NCBI RefSeq assembly: GCF_000018305.1
Contig: NC_009954.1
Coordinates: 2,040,001-2,072,000, forward strand
Source of the DNA: Caldivirga maquilingensis IC-167
GTDB taxonomy: Archaea; Thermoproteota; Thermoprotei; Thermoproteales; Thermocladiaceae
Direction: 5' to 3'
DNA length: 32,000 bases
Shown here: piece after piece, positions 1 to 8,559 of the stretch
Layout: the number at the start of each line of letters is the position of its first letter
Numbering within the stretch: the stretch's first letter is position 1
The notes under the pieces: generated by a model
What the model saw: the letters and a program-made list of their open reading frames with translations, nothing else
The model's database searches: none
Told to the model about the DNA's origin: nothing
Translations under genes and position numbers: made by a program

Positions 1-97
1 CGCATAAGTTTACGATTCAATCACCTGCACCTAGATCCATTACTGTAAGGAGCCCTTAGTGGGAAACACTTATATGTTTAGTTGCGTGAGTATGCAT

Positions 98-1303
98 ATG
101 AATGTGAAGGATTTACTCTCAGAGCGGACTAACTACATGAAGGCCAGTGACATAAGGGAGCTCCTCAAATGGGCCACGGCTGACGTAATATCCTTCGGAG
201 GGGGTTTACCGGATTTATCCCAATTACCACTTAATGAGTACTCTGAGGTAGCTAAATTCGTTGTAAGTAACTATGGTTTAAAGGCGCTTCAATATGGTAA
301 AACAGAGGGGGTTGATGAGCTTAAGGAGGAGTTGGCTAAGTTCATGGCTAAGCAGGGCATTAGGACTGATGCATCATTAATACTACCCACTGTGGGTAGC
401 CAGGAGGCGCTTGAACTCATGGCAAGGGTCTTCATTGACCCAGGTGACGTAATAATTACTGAGAAACCAACCTACTTTGCTGCATTACAGGCCTTTAGGG
501 TTTATAGGGCTAGGATAATTGGTGTCGATATGGATAATGATGGATTAATCATTGATAAGCTTGAGGACACGATTAAGAGGCTTAGGAGTGAGGGCGCTAG
601 AGTAAAGTTCATATACACCATACCCATTTGCCAAAACCCCACTGGGGTAATGATGAGTATTGATAGGAGGAAGGCGCTGCTTGAGTTAGCCAGTAGGTAT
701 GATTTAATGATTCTTGAGGATAATCCATACAGTTACTTCACCTTTGACCCAGTGGATACAACACCCCTAAAGGCCCTTGATAATGAGGATAGGGTCGTGT
801 ACACGTCAACGTTCAGTAAGATAATAGCCCCAGGCATTAGATTGGGTTGGGTTGTGGCTAATCAGGATATAGTGAATTGGTTAGCCATAGCTAAGCAGGC
901 AATGAATCTACATACCCCAACCCTAAGCCAATACATAGCCTACGAATTACTGAGAAGAGGTATAGTGGATAGGTATATTTCTAAGATTAAGGAAACCTAT
1001 AAGGTTAAGAGGGATGCAATGCTTGACGCATTATCCAGGTACATGCCGAGTGGGGTTTCATGGACTAAGCCAAGTGGGGGAATGTTCATATGGGTTACCG
1101 TCCCCGGCAACGTGAGGACTGAGGATATGCTTAACTTAGCTATAAGAAAGTATAAGGTTGCCTACGTACCGGGTAAATCATTCTACCCAGATGAGGATGT
1201 TCATAATGATATGAGACTGAACTTCACCTACCCATCAGTGGACCAGATATATGATGGTGTTAGGAGACTGGCACTGGCCATAGAGGAATATAAAGGCAAG
1301 TAA
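98..1303 (+). CDS. PLP-dependent aminotransferase, class I/II (2-aminoadipate/aromatic/aspartate aminotransferase-like)
   Basis: ORF track 59..1303. About 400 aa with an NPTG block and STFSKIIAPGIRLGW (the SxSK PLP-lysine context), typical of fold-type I aminotransferases. I moved the start to ATG 98 (MNVKDLL...) because a TATA-like box TTATATGT (70-77) lies inside the GTG-59 extension, about 24 nt upstream of ATG 98. GTG 59 or ATG 92 remain possible. Confidence 0.85.
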   Translation: MNVKDLLSERTNYMKASDIRELLKWATADVISFGGGLPDLSQLPLNEYSEVAKFVVSNYGLKALQYGKTEGVDELKEELAKFMAKQGIRTDASLILPTVGSQEALELMARVFIDPGDVIITEKPTYFAALQAFRVYRARIIGVDMDNDGLIIDKLEDTIKRLRSEGARVKFIYTIPICQNPTGVMMSIDRRKALLELASRYDLMILEDNPYSYFTFDPVDTTPLKALDNEDRVVYTSTFSKIIAPGIRLGWVVANQDIVNWLAIAKQAMNLHTPTLSQYIAYELLRRGIVDRYISKIKETYKVKRDAMLDALSRYMPSGVSWTKPSGGMFIWVTVPGNVRTEDMLNLAIRKYKVAYVPGKSFYPDEDVHNDMRLNFTYPSVDQIYDGVRRLALAIEEYKGK

Positions 1304-1321
1304 ATTAACTATGTTGCGGTA

Positions 1322-1333
1322 AAAAATTAAAAG
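1322..1333 (+). promoter_or_regulatory. TATA-like box upstream of tRNA-Val
   Basis: AAAAATTAAAAG is centred about 31 nt upstream of the first tRNA nucleotide (1359). Confidence 0.4.
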
Positions 1334-1358
1334 AACACTACCCTAAAGGTTTGAGGAA

Positions 1359-1450
1359 GGGCCCGTAGTCTAGCTTGGTTAGGATGCCCGCCTCACGGGT
1401 GCTGCATCTGGGATCGCGGGAGATCCCGGGTTCGAGTCCCGGCGGGCCCA
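1359..1450 (+). tRNA. tRNA-Val (anticodon CAC) with a 17-nt intron after position 37; no encoded CCA
   Basis: Cloverleaf read by eye. Acceptor GGGCCCG (1359-1365) pairs with CGGGCCC (1443-1449), with discriminator A1450. D arm GTCT/GGAT. Anticodon stem CCCGC (1387-1391) pairs with GCGGG (1416-1420). C32-U33 is followed by CAC (1394-1396) and G37. Variable loop AGATC. T arm CCGGG-TTCGAGT-CCCGG (1426-1442). The total is 92 nt, which is 75 nt plus 17 nt of intron. The locus is a GC-rich island in an AT-richer context. Confidence 0.8.
1398..1414 (+). other. tRNA intron (canonical 37/38 position) with a bulge-helix-bulge-compatible fold
   Basis: Loop nucleotides CUCA (1392-1395) can pair with intron UGGG (1409-1412) to form a 4-bp helix. 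It is flanked by 3-nt bulges C36-G37-G (5' splice site) and A-U-C38 (3' splice site). The outer helix is weak. Confidence 0.6.
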
Positions 1451-1474
1451 CTCATCATAGTGTTCTCAATAATG

Positions 1475-1482
1475 TTTTTAAG
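1475..1482 (+). promoter_or_regulatory. TATA-like box for the DUF47/PiT operon
   Basis: TTTTTAAG is centred about 25 nt upstream of GTG 1503. Confidence 0.5.
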
Positions 1483-1502
1483 TTACTTAACCTTACCTTA
1501 CT

Positions 1503-2192
1503 GTGCCTCACGGTGTTTTATCAAGGTTACTTAACCCATTCATTAGGGGTGAGGTGGAGTTGTTTAATGAGCTTAGTGAACACGCTAAGCTAACCCTTAA
1601 GGCCCTGGATATTATTGAGGGTGCGTTAAGGAGTGGTGACCTTATTAAGGTTAAGGAGGCTGAGGTTGAGGTTAGTGTACTTGAGAATCAGGGTGACGAA
1701 ATCAGTAGGATGCTTTCCCAGGAGGTTTCCACTGGTGCTATAGCAACCCCTATAATGGGTGATGTGGAGATTCTCATAGGTAAGGTTGATGATATCCTGG
1801 ATAGGGTTCACATATTGGCTAGGGAGGTTAGGAGGGCTATGAGTATTTGCGTGAGCCCTGAGGTTAAGAGGGTTCTTTCAGAGGATGTTGTTGAACTCCT
1901 AATGGTTGATAAGAGGGGTGTGGAGGAGTTCATTAACCTAGCGTCCACTATAGCTAATGGTGGTGATTGGAATAAGATTAGGAGTTACGTTTTAATAATA
2001 AGTAAACTGGAGGATGAGGTTGATGAGGCTAAGGATAGGCTTGTTGATAAGCTTTATGAATTAGCCAAGGAGGTTTCATACATTGAATTCATGAGTCTAC
2101 TACACATAGTGTTCACACTCGATGACATAGTAGACATAACTAAGGATGCAGCCTACTTAACCTCCACAATATTAATGAGCCTGGGTGCTTAA
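1503..2192 (+). CDS. DUF47 (PhoU-like) family protein, putative phosphate-transport accessory/regulator
   Basis: 229-aa acidic protein that looks all-helical. It sits 3 nt upstream of a PiT-like permease, which is the conserved DUF47/PiT gene pair. The N-terminus (...FIRGEVELFNELSEHAK) resembles DUF47 N-termini. Confidence 0.6.
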   Translation: MPHGVLSRLLNPFIRGEVELFNELSEHAKLTLKALDIIEGALRSGDLIKVKEAEVEVSVLENQGDEISRMLSQEVSTGAIATPIMGDVEILIGKVDDILDRVHILAREVRRAMSICVSPEVKRVLSEDVVELLMVDKRGVEEFINLASTIANGGDWNKIRSYVLIISKLEDEVDEAKDRLVDKLYELAKEVSYIEFMSLLHIVFTLDDIVDITKDAAYLTSTILMSLGA

Positions 2193-2195
2193 TTA

Positions 2196-3089
2196 ATGAT
2201 AATTGAGGCTGCCCTAGCCTTAATACTCGCCTTAACATTCCTAGTCTCATCCAATAACCTCTCCCTGGTGGCGGGAATGGCTGTGGGCAGTAGGTTACTT
2301 AGGCCTGGGGTAGCCATGATGATTGCCTTAACTGGGTACGTAATTGGCCTATTGGCCCAGGGGAGTGAAATGAAGGGTTACAGTGTTGCACCGGAGGGCT
2401 TACTGATACTCTCCCTCATTGGGGTACTGGTGTTCACTATTGGGGAGGTGGCTAAAATACCAATGTCGATAACTAATTCACTATACATGTCGTGGTCAGC
2501 GTTAGTGCTTTACAATGGTGGGTCATTGCCCGTTAACTTCCCCATAGTCCTATCATCATGGTTCATAATACCCATACTACTAGCCCTAGCTGCATACCTA
2601 CTATACCCGTCACTGGTTAGGTTAACTGCATCATCAAACCCCATTAGGAGACTCTCCCTATATAGGTTGGTTATGATTCTAACGGTGTTTCTAGTGGGTT
2701 TCTCCTTCGGTGCTAATAATCTTGGCTTAGTGTGGAGTATGCTTGGCTTCAGTAGAATTGGCTTAATCGGGGTTATTTTCGCATCAACCCTAGGCGTAAT
2801 TATAACTGGTAGGAGGACCCTTGGTCAATTCAGTAGAGGCATGTTTACACCACCCCCAGTTTCAAGTAGTGTGACTCAATTATTATCCTTCACTGCCCTT
2901 GAACTTAGCACAGTATTCGCAATCCCAATATCCCTAACATTATGCACTGTTGGTTCGCTTTTAGGCATATCCATGGCTAGGGGCATGAGGATTATTAACA
3001 CTCAATACCTTAGATTAGTCTTGATAGGTTACGTGTCAACAATGATAATAGCCTTCACTGGGGCATTACTTATAGTTAAGTTAATTTGA
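2196..3089 (+). CDS. PiT (PHO4)-family anion permease-like membrane protein, short form
   Basis: 297 aa and polytopic. It has two internally repeated signature-like blocks, SSNNLSLVAG (nt 2247-2276) and GANNLGLVW (nt 2709-2735), at the positions of the PiT GANDVAN signatures. It is paired with DUF47. Confidence 0.6.
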   Translation: MIIEAALALILALTFLVSSNNLSLVAGMAVGSRLLRPGVAMMIALTGYVIGLLAQGSEMKGYSVAPEGLLILSLIGVLVFTIGEVAKIPMSITNSLYMSWSALVLYNGGSLPVNFPIVLSSWFIIPILLALAAYLLYPSLVRLTASSNPIRRLSLYRLVMILTVFLVGFSFGANNLGLVWSMLGFSRIGLIGVIFASTLGVIITGRRTLGQFSRGMFTPPPVSSSVTQLLSFTALELSTVFAIPISLTLCTVGSLLGISMARGMRIINTQYLRLVLIGYVSTMIIAFTGALLIVKLI

Positions 3090-4064
3090 TGGACAATTAA
3101 TGCCCCTTATCTTCTCCTTAAGGGTGTTTATTGGATCAGTCCTAACCGGGTCAATACCGTATAATTCAGCCAACTTAACGCTAACTAGGCCGAGGAGCAT
3201 TGAACCGTAAACCTCCTGGCTGAGTCTACTTGAACCCTTTAATTCAACAACCTCAACATCACTGGAGTAATTCTTAACAACCTCCTCCACAGCCCTCATT
3301 AAGTAGTCGTGAACGTCATCAGTCCTCCCCCTTATTATAATGTACTTAACAGGGTGCTTAAGCATGACTGCAACTATATCATTGTGATCAGCCTCAGGCA
3401 CAATGGCTACCACTGCAGGTGTCTTGGAGTTTTCATTGAGGTCATTCTTAAACCTATACGCCACCGCCTGCAGCCCAATGGGTGCGAAGATCATGGGGAC
3501 GTAGCCCTTCAGGAAGGAGGCTAACCTACCTGGTAACTCACTCCTCAACGCATCACCCTGAACACTAATGCTCTCATCAATTTCAGGAATGGTTAAGTAG
3601 TGGCTTAATAAACCAAGCACCGCGTACAGTAGGTTAGGTAACCCGAACCTGGGGGCTATGGCTTTAGGAACCTTAACCACCGGTGCACCCCTACCCTCAA
3701 GCTCTGAGGCTAACCTACCACCAGTGGTAACACCCACCACAGGTACCCCCCTTCTTAATGCATCCAGTGCACCGCAAATCGTCTCAAGTGTCTCCCCTGA
3801 GTAGCTTACAGCTACTACGAGTGACCTTGAGTCAACCCACTTAGGTATGTTAAAGTCCTTGTGAATAATAATATTGTGGCCCCATAGGGAATCCCTAACA
3901 ATATCACCAACTATACCTGACCCACCCATCCCAGTGATCACTATGTTACTTGGCTCGAAGTCATAGTTAATGGATCCAACCTTAATTGACCTTAGATTCA
4001 ATTCCCTACCCAGTTTAAAGGACTCCAGGGATAATTTAGGCCATTCCTCGTAGCCATACGGCAT
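3081..4064 (-). CDS. bifunctional phosphoglucose/phosphomannose isomerase (SIS domain, crenarchaeal PGI/PMI type)
   Basis: Motifs GMGGSGIVGD and SYSGETLET in a 327-aa protein match the archaeal PGI/PMI family. A TATA-like TTTAAAT (4087-4093) lies about 26 nt upstream of ATG 4064. Confidence 0.8.
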   Translation of the reverse strand: MPYGYEEWPKLSLESFKLGRELNLRSIKVGSINYDFEPSNIVITGMGGSGIVGDIVRDSLWGHNIIIHKDFNIPKWVDSRSLVVAVSYSGETLETICGALDALRRGVPVVGVTTGGRLASELEGRGAPVVKVPKAIAPRFGLPNLLYAVLGLLSHYLTIPEIDESISVQGDALRSELPGRLASFLKGYVPMIFAPIGLQAVAYRFKNDLNENSKTPAVVAIVPEADHNDIVAVMLKHPVKYIIIRGRTDDVHDYLMRAVEEVVKNYSSDVEVVELKGSSRLSQEVYGSMLLGLVSVKLAELYGIDPVRTDPINTLKEKIRGINCPSN

Positions 4065-4086
4065 GATACACCTCTAATTTACTTGG

Positions 4087-4093
4087 TTTAAAT
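4087..4093 (-). promoter_or_regulatory. TATA-like box for PGI/PMI
   Basis: The minus strand reads GCATTTAAACC, centred about 26 nt upstream of start codon 4064. Confidence 0.5.
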
Positions 4094-4153
4094 GCTTTAA
4101 GTTAAGCCGCAGCATTATACAGTGTCCGCATTATAATGATTAATTCATTAACA

Positions 4154-5629
4154 CTACTCCTGGCTTAATGAGGCGACAGTCTGGGATTCATTTCTCCAGG
4201 TTATGACCTCCACTGAGAAGTAAGCCAATATACCTATCGTTACCACTGTTAAGGCTGAGATTACTGCACCAATCTGGAAGGCGTACATTGATGGCACTGT
4301 AACTAAGAGCGGCACATTACGCCCCGGCAGTATACCCATTAGAACCAGTGATGTGAATGTTGACTCAAGTGAACCAGCCACCGCTGGGCCTAGGGTACCA
4401 CCCAGGTTCCTGAAGACTGAGTTCATTGCTGTTGAAACCCCCATTACCTGCGGTTCCACTGAGAAAACAAGGATATTAATGAGGGATACATTCATTGCCG
4501 CTACCCCAGCCATGGCTAATGTTGTTGATGTTATCAAAGCCCCTAAACCCAGGGGGGCCACGGCGGCGGTTATTAGGCTGAATAAGGCGGCTATACTTGC
4601 CCCAGTCATGAGCATTCTCCTAGCCCCTATCCTAGTTATTAATATGCCTGCAACTGGGGCGACTATTAACTGCGCCACAGCCATGGGGATTGCGTATAAG
4701 CCGGTATCGAATATGGATAGGTTGAAGCCAACGGGCTTAGGCTCCTCGAGGAGTATTATTAGGCTTTGTTCAAATAGGAAGAGGCCGAAGCCAGCCACCA
4801 TTGCGGCTAGATTAGCTATTAACACGTTTCTCCTAGTTAATAATGATAGGTTAATTAACGGCTGCTCCCTCCTCCTCTCTACGGCTATGAAGGCTCCTAT
4901 GAATATGAGGGCCGCTAGGAAGGTTATTATCGTGTTCGGGTTAGTCCAACCCCATATGGGTGCCTCGGTTAATCCGTAAACCACCAGGCCTAATCCAATT
5001 CCAAGTACCGCTGCCCCAGGTAAATCAACCTTAGCACTAGGGTTCCTGTACCTTGACTCCTTTATCCTAGTCACTATTAGGTACGCCACCAGCAGTACGA
5101 AGGGTATGGCTGTGTGGTATGTTGTTCTCCAACCAAAGTACTGGCTTATGTATGCGCCCAGGGGTAGTGCTATTGCCGCACCAATTCCAAAGGCTGCACT
5201 CACCAATCCCTGAGCCCTTGGTATTAATTCCCTTGGAAACTCCTCCCTGATTAGACTGAAGGCTAATGCGAACATGGTTACTCCAATACCTTGAATACCC
5301 CTGAAGGCTATTAAGTACGTGAAACTGGGTGATACACTGGTTAATGTGACTGCCACAGCGTATATTATGACCACTGCTGAGAGAACCCTCTTCTTACCGT
5401 AAATGTCACCAAGCCTACCCACTATTGGTAGTAGAACAGTACCGGAGAGTAGGTATGATGAGAGGACCCAACTAACTTGACTTGAGGTTACCCCGAACTC
5501 CCTCTCTATTTCAGTTAATGACGGTATTAACATGCCTTCTATATACATTACTATTACCGCTAATGAGGCAAGTATGACCATTGCCCTATAGGCGTACTTA
5601 AGGTCATACTCCGCATTATTAATTAGCAT
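4154..5629 (-). CDS. MFS transporter (DHA2/EmrB-like, about 14 TM)
   Basis: Many hydrophobic spans and an MFS motif-A-like GRLGDIYGKKRV. The ORF track gives GTG 5668, but a strong TATA (minus-strand GTTTATAAAG, 5651-5660) lies inside that extension. ATG 5629 (MLINNAEY...) is about 26 nt downstream of it. Confidence 0.85.
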   Translation of the reverse strand: MLINNAEYDLKYAYRAMVILASLAVIVMYIEGMLIPSLTEIEREFGVTSSQVSWVLSSYLLSGTVLLPIVGRLGDIYGKKRVLSAVVIIYAVAVTLTSVSPSFTYLIAFRGIQGIGVTMFALAFSLIREEFPRELIPRAQGLVSAAFGIGAAIALPLGAYISQYFGWRTTYHTAIPFVLLVAYLIVTRIKESRYRNPSAKVDLPGAAVLGIGLGLVVYGLTEAPIWGWTNPNTIITFLAALIFIGAFIAVERRREQPLINLSLLTRRNVLIANLAAMVAGFGLFLFEQSLIILLEEPKPVGFNLSIFDTGLYAIPMAVAQLIVAPVAGILITRIGARRMLMTGASIAALFSLITAAVAPLGLGALITSTTLAMAGVAAMNVSLINILVFSVEPQVMGVSTAMNSVFRNLGGTLGPAVAGSLESTFTSLVLMGILPGRNVPLLVTVPSMYAFQIGAVISALTVVTIGILAYFSVEVITWRNESQTVASLSQE

Positions 5630-5650
5630 AATTAGCGATATCGGTGAGGT

Positions 5651-5660
5651 CTTTATAAAC
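5651..5660 (-). promoter_or_regulatory. TATA-like box for the MFS transporter
   Basis: GTTTATAAAG on the minus strand, 26 nt upstream of ATG 5629. Confidence 0.5.
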
Positions 5661-5712
5661 CATTTCACTTAATTAACATTGAAATCAATAAATAACCGAA
5701 GGCTTAAACCCA

Positions 5713-6378
5713 ATGAGTGCACTGGGAATGAGGAGGAGCATAGTACTGGATCCCCTTGAATCACACCTCTCTAGGTTAGTTTACATGAGGGTTATGAGCG
5801 GCTTAGGCCTAAACTTCAGTAATGACGCAAAGGCAGCTGAACTAGCCAGCCACTACTGCAGCGGTGACCCGGATCAATTATGGTCCTTAAACTGGGAAAC
5901 AGTGACAATCTACATGCCGCCTTATGCCGGTGAACCTAATCCACGTGGATTAATTATAGCTGTTGAGGGTTATACACTACGTAGGCTACTTAATGATGGT
6001 GTCGTCCCCGACATAGTTGTCACCGACTTTGATTATGAACCAGATAGCCTAATTGGGTTTAAGGGCATTGTTATTGGTCACGCCCATGGTGACAACGTGA
6101 ATGCGTATGTTAAGTATGCTAGGCACGTAAGTAGGCTAATACCAAGTGTCCAGGTTTGGCCAGTGGACTGCTCAATCCTAGTACCAGGCTTCACTGATGG
6201 TGATAGGGCGGTTTACCTAGCCGCCTACATGGGTTCACGGCGAATTACAGTAAGGGGGTTTAACCCCGATGCACCAATTAAGAGGAGTGATGAGGTTAAG
6301 AGGATGAAGCTTAAGTTAGCTGAATACTTCATTAATAGGGCAAGTAGGTTAACTAATATTAGTATTAGTAAGTATTAG
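5713..6378 (+). CDS. 6-hydroxymethylpterin diphosphokinase MptE-like (DUF115) protein
   Basis: PDIVVTDFDYEP and GHAHGDN blocks resemble the TDLDG / HAHGDN motifs of archaeal MptE-like kinases. 221 aa. Confidence 0.55.
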   Translation: MSALGMRRSIVLDPLESHLSRLVYMRVMSGLGLNFSNDAKAAELASHYCSGDPDQLWSLNWETVTIYMPPYAGEPNPRGLIIAVEGYTLRRLLNDGVVPDIVVTDFDYEPDSLIGFKGIVIGHAHGDNVNAYVKYARHVSRLIPSVQVWPVDCSILVPGFTDGDRAVYLAAYMGSRRITVRGFNPDAPIKRSDEVKRMKLKLAEYFINRASRLTNISISKY

Positions 6379-6432
6379 CCGTTGATGTTTTCAAGCTTAA
6401 TAAACTTATAAATCTTGGAGAGTTTAATCCAG

Positions 6433-7350
6433 GTGCATGAGAATGCATCAGGGTGCGTAACCGTAGTTATTCCAGTTAAGAATGAGGAGGAGGGGCTTGA
6501 CTTCACATTAAGGGAATTAAGGGAATTAGGGTTTAATGACGTAATAGTTGTTGATGGGCACTCCACTGATAATACTGTTAACGTTGCAAGGAAGTATGGG
6601 GCATTAGTGGTGGAGCAGCCTGGGGAGGGGAAGGCTGATGCGGTGTATTATGGTTTAAGAATGGTTAAGAAACCTTACGCCCTAGTAATAGATGGTGACG
6701 GTACGTATGATCCATCCTACATACAGGCAATGTTAAGTAAAGCCATTAATGAGGACTTAGATGAGGTTCTCGGAGCCAGGACCTGGGGTAGGGAGAATAT
6801 ACCATTAATTAACAGGTTCGGTAACAGAATCCTCACCTCCCTATTCAACTTAATGTTTGGGACAAACCTATCGGATGTATTAACAGGCATGTACTTATTA
6901 AGGACAAGTATGGCTAAGGCCATAATACCCTCCACCAGTGGATTCAGCGTGGAGGTTGATATTGCATCACAAGTCGCATCCATGGGTAAGGTGGGGGAAG
7001 TACCCATTAAGTATCGTAGAAGGATCGGGGACCCTAAGTTGAAGTGGACTCACGGCATAAGCATAGGCTTTGACATGATTAGACTAATGGCAAGGTTCAA
7101 CCCCTTACTCATACTAGCTCTATTGGCTAGTTTACTCGTGTTTCCTGGAATAGCGATAACAATATATGTGGCTTCCCAATTAATAGTTAACCACATTAAC
7201 CACTTCATATGGGGTATTATAGCCTTCCAGCTTGACACCACGGGTTTGCTTGGAATCCTAATCTCACTAAACACGCTTATGATTAAGAGAATGGAGTATA
7301 GGGTTATTAGACTATTCACTAAGAGGGAGGCTGAATGCGCATTAGAGTAA
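6433..7350 (+). CDS. family 2 glycosyltransferase (dolichyl-phosphate sugar synthase-like) with C-terminal TM helices
   Basis: VVIPVKNEEEGL...VVDGHSTDNT...DGDGTYDP are GT2 motifs (DxD-type), and the C-terminus is hydrophobic. The ORF track starts at TTG 6415, which directly abuts the TATA-like TTATAAAT (6406-6413). In-frame GTG 6433 is about 24 nt downstream, so I prefer it. Confidence 0.8.
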   Translation: MHENASGCVTVVIPVKNEEEGLDFTLRELRELGFNDVIVVDGHSTDNTVNVARKYGALVVEQPGEGKADAVYYGLRMVKKPYALVIDGDGTYDPSYIQAMLSKAINEDLDEVLGARTWGRENIPLINRFGNRILTSLFNLMFGTNLSDVLTGMYLLRTSMAKAIIPSTSGFSVEVDIASQVASMGKVGEVPIKYRRRIGDPKLKWTHGISIGFDMIRLMARFNPLLILALLASLLVFPGIAITIYVASQLIVNHINHFIWGIIAFQLDTTGLLGILISLNTLMIKRMEYRVIRLFTKREAECALE

Positions 7351-7433
7351 TTAACCCAAGTACCCACTTATGATTGAATCTCATCTTCATAGGTGACTTA
7401 AGTGAACTTAAGGCAACCCGGTGATGAAAGGAA

Positions 7434-8492
7434 CTAGATTACGCCTGTTTGCTCCAAGGCAGCCTCAGCAGCCTCCCTGGTTAAGCCATTTGAACCAAGT
7501 ATAGTGTACCTGTCTGGCCTAATTCTATGAGCATTCATTAACGCCTCAACCACCAGTTCCTTATCGTATCCAAGTTCCTTAAAGCTTGTTGGTAGGCCAA
7601 GCATCTTCATTATTTTAATTATCCTCCTCCAATTAGCACCATGTAGGTAAAGCATAATCACTGAGCTTAAGGCAACCTGCATACCATGCATTGCCTGCTT
7701 CACCCCATATTCCCTAGCCAGTAAGTCAAGGGAATGACTAAAGAGGTGCTCAGACCCACTGCATGGCCTTGTACTACCAGCTATAGCCATGGCTACCCCG
7801 CAGCCTAATAGGGCTTTAACAACTATCCTAGTCTCCTCTTCACCATGCCTAGTTAATTTATTCACGTTATTCATTATTATCATGTGGCTTGATAAGGCTA
7901 ACATGGCTGCTGATTCACTGTAGTCTTCACCCTTAATCCTATGGCCAAGTCTCCAATCCATTAAAGCCACCTTCTTACCCAGTAATTCCCCAATACCGGC
8001 TAGTAGGAATACCCTAGGTGCCTCAGCAACTATGCCAGTATCCACTATTATTGCTAAGGGGGTTTTCCTAACCTTACCCACACCTAACTTGTTTAAATCA
8101 TCCTGCATTAGGAATGAAATATACGGTGACGCTATACCATCATGACTAGCTACAGTTGGTATTGATATTAAATGCTTATTAAGCTTATAGGCTATAACCT
8201 TACTAACATCAATAACCCTACCCCCACCTACACCGGCGATGAAGTCAACATCAGAGAACGCACTCATACCCTTCACTACGTCGCTTAATTCAATTTCATC
8301 ATCACTAATTATCTGGCAATCAACGCACTGTTCACTAACCTTAGATGCAATATGCCTACTGTGAATGTGACCAGTTATTATTAAACCCCTCCTTAATCCA
8401 AGGTAAGTAAGCACCTCTGAAACCTTACCTATGGCGTTAGGCCCAAAAACAACCTGCCTCGGAACCTCAAACAACTCCAAGCCCTTAACCAC
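7434..8492 (-). CDS. egsA: sn-glycerol-1-phosphate dehydrogenase [NAD(P)+]
   Basis: GVGGGRVIDVSK, VASHDGIASP and CSGSEHLFSH blocks are typical of archaeal G1PDH (iron-dependent ADH/DHQS superfamily) and the size is about 350 aa. The ORF track start GTG 8510 abuts a TATA (8513-8520). In-frame GTG 8492 is about 25 nt downstream. Confidence 0.85.
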   Translation of the reverse strand: MVKGLELFEVPRQVVFGPNAIGKVSEVLTYLGLRRGLIITGHIHSRHIASKVSEQCVDCQIISDDEIELSDVVKGMSAFSDVDFIAGVGGGRVIDVSKVIAYKLNKHLISIPTVASHDGIASPYISFLMQDDLNKLGVGKVRKTPLAIIVDTGIVAEAPRVFLLAGIGELLGKKVALMDWRLGHRIKGEDYSESAAMLALSSHMIIMNNVNKLTRHGEEETRIVVKALLGCGVAMAIAGSTRPCSGSEHLFSHSLDLLAREYGVKQAMHGMQVALSSVIMLYLHGANWRRIIKIMKMLGLPTSFKELGYDKELVVEALMNAHRIRPDRYTILGSNGLTREAAEAALEQTGVI

Positions 8493-8559
8493 GAAGATAA
8501 CAGTTTGCACCCTTTATATTTATACTTATAACGATGCACCTAAGGGTCCTTGAATGGTG

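Noticed and set aside
1359-1450. Class II (long variable arm, Leu/Ser) tRNA instead of an intron-containing tRNA
   Set aside because: GGGATC/GATCCC (1410-1427) could form an extra arm, but then no 7-nt anticodon loop with U33 closes properly. The intron model gives a perfect 5-bp anticodon stem, U33, a purine at position 37 and a standard 5-nt variable loop.
1375-1593. 72-aa ORF
   Set aside because: It runs through the tRNA gene and the downstream promoter, so it is an artefact of the GC-rich tRNA sequence.
4353-4979. 208-aa plus-strand ORF
   Set aside because: It is entirely antisense to the well-supported MFS transporter. Its composition is low-complexity and A/P/R-rich, typical of a shadow frame.
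6375-7367. Minus-strand ORFs 6375..6566, 6717..7007 and 7050..7367
   Set aside because: They are antisense to the GT2 gene, which has clear motifs.
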